Positions 17,996 to 26,538 of a stretch of 64,000 nucleotides of DNA are shown piece by piece. The position numbers were made by a program, and so were the translations under genes. How positions within the stretch are numbered: the stretch's first letter is position 1; the number at the start of each line of letters is the position of its first letter. Origin of the DNA: an uncultured virus (IMG/VR IMGVR_UViG_3300020036_003824) (lineage: Duplodnaviria > Heunggongvirae > Uroviricota > Caudoviricetes); the IMG/VR virus record IMGVR_UViG_3300020036_003824; one strand, written 5' to 3'. The notes beneath the pieces are model-generated. The model worked only from the letters and a program-made list of their open reading frames with translations, was not told the origin of the DNA and searched no databases.

Positions 17996-19702
17996 ATGAA
18001 GCAAGGTAAAAAAGTGCAGTTTTTTTATGAGTTGCACCGCAACCCGCCCGGTTTGGTAGGTCGGTTCCCCGATGGAACTACCTACCGCAGTCTTTTGGAT
18101 GGACGTACATATTGGCTGCTCAATGGCCAGTATGAAGTGCCGGTTCCGGGCTGCCCGTTTCCGGGGCAACTCTTCGCGGCGAACGTTTTCGCATTTCTTT
18201 TCAAAAACAGGCGTATGGTAATCAACTCCATGTTTTTTATCGCCGCCCTGGTCGTTATGCAGTTCTTTATCTGGCAGTTGCCGGGCGATGCGCTAGATGA
18301 AGCGAAGTTGAGTTTCATTTCGCTGATCTCGTTCGCCCTCAACGGCGTACTGCTGCTTGCGGGGTGCATACTGACGTTAACGCTGCTAATCTGGAATTTC
18401 GGCAAGGGCGTTACTTTTCCTTCGAAAGAGGATGAAGCGGTTTTGTCTCTCACAGACGGACAAATAAGCATATCGCCTGACGTGCTTGTAATGTCCGGTT
18501 CTGAAAATGAAAATCCGTCTGACATGGCGGACAGGATCGAACTTGCGCGGGCTGTGCAGAAAAACGGACAGTGGATCGTTATCCTTACTTTTCGCCACAA
18601 AGACGGACTGATTATTTTTACGTCGGACAATTCGGATGACGTGGAATTTGACGGCTACCGCTTCCAGCGCACCGACTGGGGCGAAGCACACCAAGCCGCA
18701 AACTGCAAGCATTACCCCTCTGAAACGTGGGCGCAATACACGGCTTATTGCCGGAAGTTTGCAGCCGATTTTTCGGAGTGGAGCGCGGAGGAAAAGCCGC
18801 GCCATATCGACCCGGTAACAGCGCTCACTCAGCGCCTCCGGGCTGCTGCTGTAAAGATGATCGTTCTACTGCTGATCTGCGTTTCGGGTGCGCTGTCTGC
18901 CCAAAAAAGCGCACAGGTATCGAACTACTTGGGGCAGTACAGGTACGACAACGTAAAGCCCGCCGGTGAAGTGAAATTCATCTTCGAAAAGGTGATTTTG
19001 AAACGCGGCGGCAAGGGAGATAAGACCTACAAGCAACTCCTGCGTGATGGCATTTCCTATACCGACGCGGATAATGCTGGCAGGCTTGTCGGCATTACCG
19101 TATCCGGTCAGGTGATCGAAGCGGAATCTGCCGGCGCGGTGGTTATGCCCAAAAAGCAAGGCCGCATGGTTTCCAGTATTGCAACCAGTGAAACACGGCC
19201 TATACCGGATGCGCTTTCAATTCCTGACAGCGTGGCCATGGAGCAAAAGTTAGAAGGCGTGAAAACGCAGGTGGATAAATGGAGGTCGGAAGTATGGAAA
19301 TCTATCCGTCCGGTGTGGGCCTTTGTGATGTGGTTTTTTACATCGATACTTGCACCAGTGCTCGTTTTGCTGGGCGGTTGGATGCGCTACATCGCAAAGA
19401 GCGCTGCGGGCGAGGGCGCCGTCAATTCATGGGGCGGTTCCATCTTCGGGCCTTTCATGGTATGGGTACATCAAAATTTCAGCGCGTCCCTTATGGTCAT
19501 CGTGTGGACGGCTGCGACAATCCTGCTTTTCGATTCATTCCTTTGGCTTGTATGGTGGGGTTTCAGTCTATGGTCTATAATCCCGGTTTGGCTTTTGGAA
19601 CTGTGGATTGCACAGGCGCTTACCAACTGGATTGTGCCGAATGTACGCGTTATCTCAAATGGGAATCAGGCGGCAAACCGATTTCCCCAAATTGGCGGGT
19701 AA
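17996..19702 (+). CDS. Large multi-pass membrane protein
   Basis: Several TM clusters plus an internal signal-peptide-like segment MIVLLLICVSGALSA|Q at 18857. Confidence 0.75.
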   Translation: MKQGKKVQFFYELHRNPPGLVGRFPDGTTYRSLLDGRTYWLLNGQYEVPVPGCPFPGQLFAANVFAFLFKNRRMVINSMFFIAALVVMQFFIWQLPGDALDEAKLSFISLISFALNGVLLLAGCILTLTLLIWNFGKGVTFPSKEDEAVLSLTDGQISISPDVLVMSGSENENPSDMADRIELARAVQKNGQWIVILTFRHKDGLIIFTSDNSDDVEFDGYRFQRTDWGEAHQAANCKHYPSETWAQYTAYCRKFAADFSEWSAEEKPRHIDPVTALTQRLRAAAVKMIVLLLICVSGALSAQKSAQVSNYLGQYRYDNVKPAGEVKFIFEKVILKRGGKGDKTYKQLLRDGISYTDADNAGRLVGITVSGQVIEAESAGAVVMPKKQGRMVSSIATSETRPIPDALSIPDSVAMEQKLEGVKTQVDKWRSEVWKSIRPVWAFVMWFFTSILAPVLVLLGGWMRYIAKSAAGEGAVNSWGGSIFGPFMVWVHQNFSASLMVIVWTAATILLFDSFLWLVWWGFSLWSIIPVWLLELWIAQALTNWIVPNVRVISNGNQAANRFPQIGG

Positions 19703-19735
19703 ACCTTTTTTTAAACAACACAAAATCCATACAAG

Positions 19736-19966
19736 ATGTACATACTTACCATTTACAATGACGGGAAAAGGTATTACTCCGCTCCGCTGCAAGAAATGCC
19801 GCCCACTACCGATGAAACAACTATCTCATCACCGGAGATTCAAACAAATGCCACTGTTTACGATGATGGTAACAGGATTGATTCCATCGTACAAAAGGTC
19901 ACGGAACAGGAGTTCGGCATGTATGTCAAAAGCCCCGGAACGTTCACAACAGAAAGAATATTTTAA
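19736..19966 (+). CDS. Hypothetical protein
   Basis: 76-aa ORF with A-rich leader. Confidence 0.55.
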   Translation: MYILTIYNDGKRYYSAPLQEMPPTTDETTISSPEIQTNATVYDDGNRIDSIVQKVTEQEFGMYVKSPGTFTTERIF

Positions 19967-19975
19967 ACCGAAAAA

Positions 19976-20443
19976 ATGAAACTACGCCTTAAATCCGTAT
20001 ACGTCATGTGGTCGCTCGACTTTCCATGGCGGGCGAAGATCGGCATTTCGCACGATCCAAAAATCAGGCGTAACAGCATACAGACAAGTATCCGGCAAGT
20101 GTTGCGGCGGGATGTGGATGTCAATATACTCATCCAAATCCCGCTGCTTCACGCCCGGATGATCGAAGGGGGGCTGCATAATGCCCTTCGGCGACTGGAA
20201 TGCAAAAGCATGACCGGAAGCGGGTACACAGAATGGTTTTGGTTTTTCAACCCCGTTACCTTCATCTTCGCCTGGCTGTTTTTTTACGCCTACGGTTTTG
20301 AAAATCATTCGGGATGGTGCGCGTTCTTTTTGCTTGCGCCTGTCCCGCTGGATTTCGTTATATTCGCATTGATCCTGGCGCTGGTTCAGTACGCTTTTGT
20401 GGGCGCTGTTCTGTACGGGATTGCATGGTTTTTCCTCACCTAA
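19976..20443 (+). CDS. GIY-YIG (T5orf172/MUG113-like) domain fused to C-terminal TM helices
   Basis: VYVM...KIGISHDPKIR...IEGGLH...GYTEWF followed by hydrophobic helices. Confidence 0.75.
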   Translation: MKLRLKSVYVMWSLDFPWRAKIGISHDPKIRRNSIQTSIRQVLRRDVDVNILIQIPLLHARMIEGGLHNALRRLECKSMTGSGYTEWFWFFNPVTFIFAWLFFYAYGFENHSGWCAFFLLAPVPLDFVIFALILALVQYAFVGAVLYGIAWFFLT

Positions 20444-20711
20444 ACTTTCAATAAAAAAAGCACATCGGAAACAAATTACGCGCCGCTCGAACGAAGGCAG
20501 GATTTACGCAGACAAAGGCTGCCGAATTGATAGGAATCAACCGCGCAACGGTGGTAAATATTGAAAACTGGCGCCAACGGCTGGCTTGACGACGTAGCCG
20601 CCGTTTAGCCTTGCGGGTTGGGTTCGGCGGCTATGTGCGGCAAGCCTTTGTTATCAGATTTTTATTTATCTCTTTGATTTTCAAAGATTTGCGTTTCGCC
20701 TCAAAAACAAT

Positions 20712-20776
20712 TTGATTATTTGTCAAAAATAATTGCCAAAAAACTTGACAAATAGTCAATCTTGCCTTATCTTTGT
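20712..20776 (+). promoter_or_regulatory. Cassette-internal promoter with paired TTGAY-N5-GTCAA operators
   Basis: TTGATTATTTGTCAA (20712-20726), TTGACAAATAGTCAA (20745-20759), TATCTTTG -7 box at 20768. Confidence 0.65.
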
Positions 20777-20829
20777 ATCATCAAACAGCAAGGCAATAAC
20801 GCAAGGCTGAAAATTTAAAATCTGGAACG

Positions 20830-21063
20830 ATGGAATTGTCATCAAACTTGAAAGGAAAATCTCAAAATGAGATAATTGAAATGGCGCAAAATATTGCTGC
20901 TGAAACTTTCATAAAAAACGGCAACAAGGCTGTTTCATTCACTGACAACAATGAACTTCGGTGCCTTGTTGGTGGCCGGTATCAGTCTTACAAAGAGTTG
21001 TCTAAATTGGTTATTTCGATTTACAACGAAACACAATGCTCTTTAATATTGAACAATCTATGA
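20830..21063 (+). CDS. Cassette-borne hypothetical protein
   Basis: 77-aa AT-rich ORF after the promoter, ATGA-coupled to the HTH gene. Confidence 0.7.
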   Translation: MELSSNLKGKSQNEIIEMAQNIAAETFIKNGNKAVSFTDNNELRCLVGGRYQSYKELSKLVISIYNETQCSLILNNL

Positions 21064-21245
21064 CCAATACCGAACTGAAACATAAATTTGAAGTCACGGG
21101 CAAGTCGGCCCGTGACTTTATCAGGTGGGCGCATGAAAAAGGCGTGAAAGTTCACGATGCTACTATTTCGCGGCACCTCGCGGGAACGCAGGGAATTACA
21201 CAGGCTTGGGAACTTGCTTATTTGTGGTTTTTTTCTGGTTTCTGA
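21060..21245 (+). CDS. Cassette-borne small HTH-like protein
   Basis: SARDFIRWAHEKGVKVHDATISRHLAG; stop codon lies within TCTGATAAC of the second hairpin. Confidence 0.7.
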   Translation: MTNTELKHKFEVTGKSARDFIRWAHEKGVKVHDATISRHLAGTQGITQAWELAYLWFFSGF

Positions 21246-21422
21246 TAACTGATGCACTGCCGACGTAGCCGCGCTTAGTCGGTCTATGAAAGGCAGTGCA
21301 GGGTTATGCCAACACCTTTTAATTTTCAACAAAAAATTAACCATCGTAAACCTGCTTTCGTTTTCGCTGCTCTACGATATAGAGCCAAAAAAATTGCTTC
21401 CAAAACTGAAAGACTTTAAAAA

Positions 21423-22358
21423 ATGAAATCACTATCTGACCTGCTTCAAATCCTGCTTTCCCTTCCCGGATGGGTTGGATACGTGGCCTGTTTCATAATG
21501 GTAGCGTTTTTTTTACAGGCCGTCCGGATCCTGCGTTTCGCATGGTCCGGGCTGGCCTTTTTGCTTTCCTTCCTCCGAAATGTAGCCGTGAAGCCTTCGC
21601 CCGGCTGGATTCTATGGGTGGCCTTATTGGCGATCCCGCTGTGGGCATTTCGGCAAAGCACATCGGACGGCCTGCAATGGGTTGAGCAGCGGTATCTGAA
21701 CCCGCTTTTTTTTACGCCGGATACTTCCAATCACATGCTGGCGATTTATGAAATGGAAATGGCGCTGTACTGCGATCCTTATGAATGCGAGATCATCCGC
21801 ACTCGAACACGGCAGATTGCTGAAAAGGTAGGAAGTACGCCGCTGGGCATTTATGAGGTCGCTTTTTCTGAATGCGGCATGAATCCTTTTATCGTTCGAA
21901 CGGATGGTGTTGCCGCCGGCTGGATACAGTTCACACGCGCCGGACTGATCGGCACGGGCTTCACGCTGGAACAGGTCAAAGAAGCCTGCCGACAGCGCAA
22001 TACGGCGCTCATCATGGATTTGACAGAGGCTTACCTGGTGAATAAAAGCAAGGGCAAGCCGATGCCCAGATCGTGCGACGTTTACACCTGCGTATTTGCC
22101 CCCGGATACCTTGGCTTTGGTGACGACCAAACGCTTTACGGCATATCGGACGGCGCTGCGTACTACCTGAATGCCGGATTAGATGGCTACTATTTGCAGC
22201 AGGTAGGCGATCAGCAGATCATCATGCACTCCCGAAAGGCTGCCGATGGGCGCATCACGATCAACGATCTGGCGCTGGCGCTGGCAGCCAAAAAAGCGGC
22301 ACTGGCAAAGAAGTACAAAAAAGGCCCGACACTCGAAAGCATCGGGCCTGAATTTTAA
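21423..22358 (+). CDS. Membrane-anchored lysozyme-like / lytic transglycosylase
   Basis: N-terminal TM helices; FSECGMNP catalytic Glu, AAGWIQF, DVYTCVFAPGY, NAGLD. Confidence 0.7.
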   Translation: MKSLSDLLQILLSLPGWVGYVACFIMVAFFLQAVRILRFAWSGLAFLLSFLRNVAVKPSPGWILWVALLAIPLWAFRQSTSDGLQWVEQRYLNPLFFTPDTSNHMLAIYEMEMALYCDPYECEIIRTRTRQIAEKVGSTPLGIYEVAFSECGMNPFIVRTDGVAAGWIQFTRAGLIGTGFTLEQVKEACRQRNTALIMDLTEAYLVNKSKGKPMPRSCDVYTCVFAPGYLGFGDDQTLYGISDGAAYYLNAGLDGYYLQQVGDQQIIMHSRKAADGRITINDLALALAAKKAALAKKYKKGPTLESIGPEF

Positions 22359-22361
22359 ATT

Positions 22362-22460
22362 ATGCACGCCCGTCTCGAATCATAGTTCGAACCAGTGTTT
22401 ATCCTCACTTCATGGATTCTGCGACAGTTGCTTGTCCGTTCTTTCCATACGGGCGCGCAT
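22362..22460 (-). ncRNA. Putative four-way-junction structured RNA
   Basis: 12-bp closing stem with one G.U pair on the - strand plus three internal hairpins. Confidence 0.4.
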
Positions 22461-22462
22461 GA

Positions 22463-22909
22463 CTACGGCTGCGTCATCCCCCCGGCCATTTCCAGCCTCT
22501 TTTCCTGTTTCAGATTCGATACATGCTGCTGCATGGATTGCAGTACATCCTTTGCGCTTTCATACAGGAAATGAGCGGCCTTGTATTCCGCGTCTGCCTG
22601 CTGTTCTTTTTGCAGTTCCATTTCCACGAATACAAGCGCCGCTGCCCCGGCTGCCGTTCCGCTCTCACCTGTTTTTATGAGCCGGTTCTTTTCCTTTTCG
22701 AATGTCGATCGCCGAACAAATTCGGTTCGGTTCTTTTCCTTGTAGTACGATCCAACTTCACCGGCGTACATAAAAATCAGCGTTGCCAGGCGGCGTACAC
22801 CTTTTTGCAGGCGCTCGATGTCATTGAAGTCTTCTTTGACTTTGTAGTAAAAATCAACAATATCGACAATCTGATCCAGTACGCTTTTTTCGTTCTCTTT
22901 GTGTTCCAT
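22463..22909 (-). CDS. Hypothetical coiled-coil protein
   Basis: 148-aa helical ORF. Confidence 0.7.
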   Translation of the reverse strand: MEHKENEKSVLDQIVDIVDFYYKVKEDFNDIERLQKGVRRLATLIFMYAGEVGSYYKEKNRTEFVRRSTFEKEKNRLIKTGESGTAAGAAALVFVEMELQKEQQADAEYKAAHFLYESAKDVLQSMQQHVSNLKQEKRLEMAGGMTQP

Positions 22910-23094
22910 CGCATTACAGTCTTAAGTATGAGCAATAAGGGCAGGCGTACGTTTGAAGGCCGATACAAATCCAGCCGTCAACGCACTGAGCGCAGTTTAT
23001 TTTGGTGGTGTTGAACGTAAAATGTTTATGTTTCATCTTTGATATTATGAAAGCGGGCAGCCTATTTGACTGCCCGCATAGGTGATTGGATAGG

Positions 23095-23898
23095 TTAGAA
23101 CGGCAGCGGGTCAGAATCTTCCGACAGTTCCGGTTCCTGCCTTGGCGGCGGTGCCGACTGCGGCGACGTGTAGCCCGGCATCGTGTTTGCCGCATCCGAC
23201 GGGAGTATATTGGTGTTTGTGCTTCCGCTGGCATGTGACGAAACAGGGTCTTTTTGCAGACGCGGGATGACAAGCGCCTGTACCTGCTGCCAGAGCCACG
23301 CGGCCACCGGGCTAAAGTCATACTCTACCTTTCCTTTCCACTCCCGCGTGTCAGCAGGCGGGATGCCTTCAAGGCGCGGATTAGCGTGCATGGTTGCCGT
23401 TTCGGTTTTGGTTGCCGATAGTTTGGTATCTACGCCGCACATGGCAGAAAGGCCGATGCTCCACTTTCCAGTGTGCTGATCTTTCATCGCGTATGGAGAA
23501 AGGCGAAGTGTGAGCGCAGGGTCGAAGCGAGGATCGAGCAGGCGCTTCATGATGTCCATGGAGTAGCGACCGTCAAAATCTCCGGTTTCAATCAGGTAAT
23601 CATCCGCACCGTCCTGCATGTCCAGTATAAGCCAGTCTACCGGCTTGTTTTCGATGGTTTTGGTTTCTACGCGAATCCCGGTCAGTTTTCCTCCGATAGC
23701 GCGGTACAGTTCATAATGCCGGTCGGTGCCGTCTTTGGCCCGGCGCGTTTCAAACTTCCGCTTTCCGGCATTTTGCGGTAGTTCACGAATCCATTCGAAA
23801 AAGTGGGGGACGCCTTCTTTATTTACCATCCCATTTTCGCGGCTGATCGAAAATTTGCGCCCGGAAGCGCCGCCGCCTGTGTCAGTGTAGGTTGCCAT
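23095..23898 (-). CDS. Putative single-stranded DNA-binding protein
   Basis: Pro-rich linker and acidic C-terminal tail DSDPLPF; adjacent to exonuclease. Confidence 0.65.
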   Translation of the reverse strand: MATYTDTGGGASGRKFSISRENGMVNKEGVPHFFEWIRELPQNAGKRKFETRRAKDGTDRHYELYRAIGGKLTGIRVETKTIENKPVDWLILDMQDGADDYLIETGDFDGRYSMDIMKRLLDPRFDPALTLRLSPYAMKDQHTGKWSIGLSAMCGVDTKLSATKTETATMHANPRLEGIPPADTREWKGKVEYDFSPVAAWLWQQVQALVIPRLQKDPVSSHASGSTNTNILPSDAANTMPGYTSPQSAPPPRQEPELSEDSDPLPF

Positions 23899-23940
23899 TG
23901 TTGTTGAAAAAATTTAAAATGTTGAAGTGTAGTTTAAAAA

Positions 23941-24990
23941 TTAGTTTTCACGATAAAGCGCGTCGAAATTCGCCGCTTCATTTTCCGCCTGTTCTCTTTC
24001 GTAATCCTCCATTTTTCTGCGTGTATATTCATCATACCCCATTACGCGCATGGCATCTGCCGGGTTTGCGCCATATGGTGTTTCCCCTAAAAATACCGTA
24101 AATTCCTTTTCCGGCATAGTCAGCACCCGGCGAAGGGTGCCGATGGTCACGAACAAATTAAACTGATCGTCAAGCCGTTTATCGGCTATCTCGGCAGTCT
24201 GATTTTTGATCTTGTAGTTCGGCGTAGTTCTCCAATCCGTCGGTGCGAGGTTGTATACCTGTTCAACTGTGAGGTGAGAGCCGAACACATTTTGAAACAT
24301 GGCGCGCTCTCCGCATAGTTGCAGGATGTGGCTTTCAAAAAAGCCCTTTTTTCCGCTTTTCAAATTGATAATTGCGTAGTGTCGGCCTCTTTTTCCCGGC
24401 TCTGTCTTTTCCGTGTACTTCTTATCGTTCATTTCAACTACCAGATCGATCAGCGTTGCCACCCCGCTATCCAGCCAGACGGGCAGTTCCACGGCCAAAA
24501 CCTTTACTTCGTAATCATACAGGAATTGCAGCATCGAAGCAAAGTCTTTAGTCAATTCTTGGTGTGCCGCACTGATCGTATCGGGCTGCATACCCATGCC
24601 AGACAGGTAACTAAATGCCCATGCGTCAAACTCTGCCCAGTTCACCTTCCGGTTCCTGCAAAAGTCTGCCACGGCTACGTGTAGCGCCGTTCCGTAGTCA
24701 GCGGTTGCCTGCACAAACTCTTCCACCTTTTCCACACTTCCCATGTCGGCTGTGAGTTTTTCCCGCCAGTTCTGCAAAAAGCGATTGGCCGGCATTACAG
24801 CATCCAAAAAGGTGGTCAAGCTTTTGTAGGTGTTTCCATTTTCCCGGCGGTAATGCCGCCCGGCTCCGATCTCTACGCGGTAGATTTTTTCACCACGCAG
24901 CGTAAAGGCATTTTGGAATCCCTCTTCTATGTAGAGCGGTTGCAGTGGTTCAATTGGCTGTTTCATTCTGATCGCTTGAATTGTCATCAA
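23941..24990 (-). CDS. PD-(D/E)xK exonuclease-like protein
   Basis: YKSLTT, ADYGTALH, AVE...ATLIDLV...INLKSG...LQL motifs. Confidence 0.75.
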   Translation of the reverse strand: MMTIQAIRMKQPIEPLQPLYIEEGFQNAFTLRGEKIYRVEIGAGRHYRRENGNTYKSLTTFLDAVMPANRFLQNWREKLTADMGSVEKVEEFVQATADYGTALHVAVADFCRNRKVNWAEFDAWAFSYLSGMGMQPDTISAAHQELTKDFASMLQFLYDYEVKVLAVELPVWLDSGVATLIDLVVEMNDKKYTEKTEPGKRGRHYAIINLKSGKKGFFESHILQLCGERAMFQNVFGSHLTVEQVYNLAPTDWRTTPNYKIKNQTAEIADKRLDDQFNLFVTIGTLRRVLTMPEKEFTVFLGETPYGANPADAMRVMGYDEYTRRKMEDYEREQAENEAANFDALYREN

Positions 24991-25393
24991 TCGCCAGTTC
25001 CATCAACCGAACGGCGACGGAAATCAGGCTTATTTCGTTTCCTGTTGTGATCTTAAACTCTCCGTTTTTGGCCCGTTCCTTCAAAGAACGGATCGAATCG
25101 TCTGTTAAGATAGGGAATTTTATCCGGGAAGCGACCGCTCCTCGCGGCTTTTTTACCTCCGAAAATTCTACTTTTTCACCCGCTTCTACTTTTGCAAGGC
25201 CCAAAAGTACCAGGTGCAGGTAGATGTCGGGAAGCGATGGAACGTTGCTGCGACCTACGCCCGCCCCGTCCATATCTTCCCGGAATGCTTCCTGCATTTC
25301 CTTGGCATGTTTGCGCACATGGCCGGGGATTTGATGCGCCCGCATCACCGAATTTTCGGCTGTCAGGTGCTTTTGTTTTAAATCTTCATTCAT
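24950..25393 (-). CDS. Hypothetical protein
   Basis: 147-aa ORF in operon. Confidence 0.6.
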   Translation of the reverse strand: MNEDLKQKHLTAENSVMRAHQIPGHVRKHAKEMQEAFREDMDGAGVGRSNVPSLPDIYLHLVLLGLAKVEAGEKVEFSEVKKPRGAVASRIKFPILTDDSIRSLKERAKNGEFKITTGNEISLISVAVRLMELAIDDNSSDQNETAN

Positions 25394-25701
25394 CGTACTT
25401 GTTCGTAAATTTTGGTTATGAATTGGCCGGTTTGTCGGAATACACCTTCCGCATCTTCCGGCCTTGCTTGCGTTATGATGTCACGCCATGCCGCTACCCT
25501 GTTGAGTACGTCGGGTAGAGTAGTGGCGCCCGTTCCTTTCTGTCTCCACATTTCCAGCACTTCGAGCGCATCCTGCTTTGTTGCCGGTATGCCGTAATAC
25601 TGGCAGCACTTGAATGCCAGAAAGCGAAGATCGGCCATACTGTTTCGCAGTTTGGCGCGCTCGTTTTTAAAGTGCCTGAAAGCGGAGGTTTCGTAATTCA
25701 T
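25390..25701 (-). CDS. Hypothetical protein
   Basis: 103-aa coupled ORF. Confidence 0.65.
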   Translation of the reverse strand: MNYETSAFRHFKNERAKLRNSMADLRFLAFKCCQYYGIPATKQDALEVLEMWRQKGTGATTLPDVLNRVAAWRDIITQARPEDAEGVFRQTGQFITKIYEQVR

Positions 25702-26060
25702 TACAGTACAAGTTTACCTGCCAGTTCTGCCATATCCTTTTCCCGTTTTGTTCCGGCATACGCAACGTCACGCGCTTTGGAACGAAACAGGGCAAGCAGA
25801 AAATGCGATTCGCGGTTGAATCCGCTTTCCGTCGGAACGGGAAGTTTTTCCCAGTGATCGGAGCCGCCGAAAGGCGTGTACACCCTCGCTTCAATCGAAG
25901 TTATTTGCACGTCTTCGCTTTCATCTTCAGCGACATTTGCGGTCACTGAAAATTCGGCTGTCAGGCCAAAGTCCGGATGCAGCGTGTCGAGGTCTTGTTT
26001 GCAGTTGAATGATACTTGCATGATAGGTAGTTTAAAAATGCCAAACCACTTCCCCGGCAT
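25701..26060 (-). CDS. Hypothetical protein
   Basis: Coupled ORF. Confidence 0.6.
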   Translation of the reverse strand: MPGKWFGIFKLPIMQVSFNCKQDLDTLHPDFGLTAEFSVTANVAEDESEDVQITSIEARVYTPFGGSDHWEKLPVPTESGFNRESHFLLALFRSKARDVAYAGTKREKDMAELAGKLVL

Positions 26061-26377
26061 TAAGCCAGGGAAATGATCTTATCTGTGAAAGTGGAAATGA
26101 TGACGTTCGTTTCGCCGGTGGCGTACTTTACCAGATCGGCAAAGATGATCTGATTTGCAACTGCCTTGCTTTCGCCGCCGCGTGGAGCCTGAAACTTTGT
26201 CCACTCTCTCGATACGACGCGGGTAGTGAGGCTGTTGTCTTTTTTGCGGAAGGTTACAACCTGAATGTTTGTAGTCGCTGAAAGTTTCCATGCCGTACGC
26301 ATCGCATCGGAGCGAGTGGTGGAGGATGCTTTCATGATCTGAGCGGCGAGGATGTTTACTTTGCTGATACGTTTCAT
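26060..26377 (-). CDS. DUF2693 / SH3-like (WYL_2-type) protein
   Basis: SDAMRTAWK...VTFRKKDNSLTTR pattern. Confidence 0.6.
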   Translation of the reverse strand: MKRISKVNILAAQIMKASSTTRSDAMRTAWKLSATTNIQVVTFRKKDNSLTTRVVSREWTKFQAPRGGESKAVANQIIFADLVKYATGETNVIISTFTDKIISLA

Positions 26378-26396
26378 TGTTGCTTTGCTTTTTATG

Positions 26397-26433
26397 ACGT
26401 TACAAAATTAACGCTTACCAATGAAATAACAAA
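26397..26433 (-). promoter_or_regulatory. Promoter with overlapping palindromic operator
   Basis: ACGTTACAAAATTAACGC; TTTG -33 box at 19-nt spacing. Confidence 0.8.
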
Positions 26434-26538
26434 ATGAACGTGTGTTTATTTTGCAAAAAAAATGCGGGCCGACATTGCTGCCGACCCGCGATCCCCAAAA
26501 AACCAAATGAAAACATTTTTAAACTGTGACAAAGATAA

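Larger units (their letters stand above)
20575..21330. mobile_element. Integron-cassette-like insertion with two attC-like hairpins, flanked by CAAC direct repeats
   Basis: Hairpins 20571-20658 and 21241-21310, each AAC...GTT; shared CGACGTAGCCGC; inner ends GTTATCAGA / TCTGATAAC complementary. Confidence 0.7.
20425..21426 (+). pseudogene. XRE/HTH_3 regulator gene split by a 752-bp insertion
   Basis: 5' part IGNKLRAARTKAGFTQTKAAELIGINRATVVNIE (from 20464); 3' part KKLTIVNLLSFSLLYDIEPKKLLPKLKDFKK* (21331-21426, ATGA-coupled to next gene); in-frame TAA at 20452 and a 1-nt frameshift. Confidence 0.75.
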
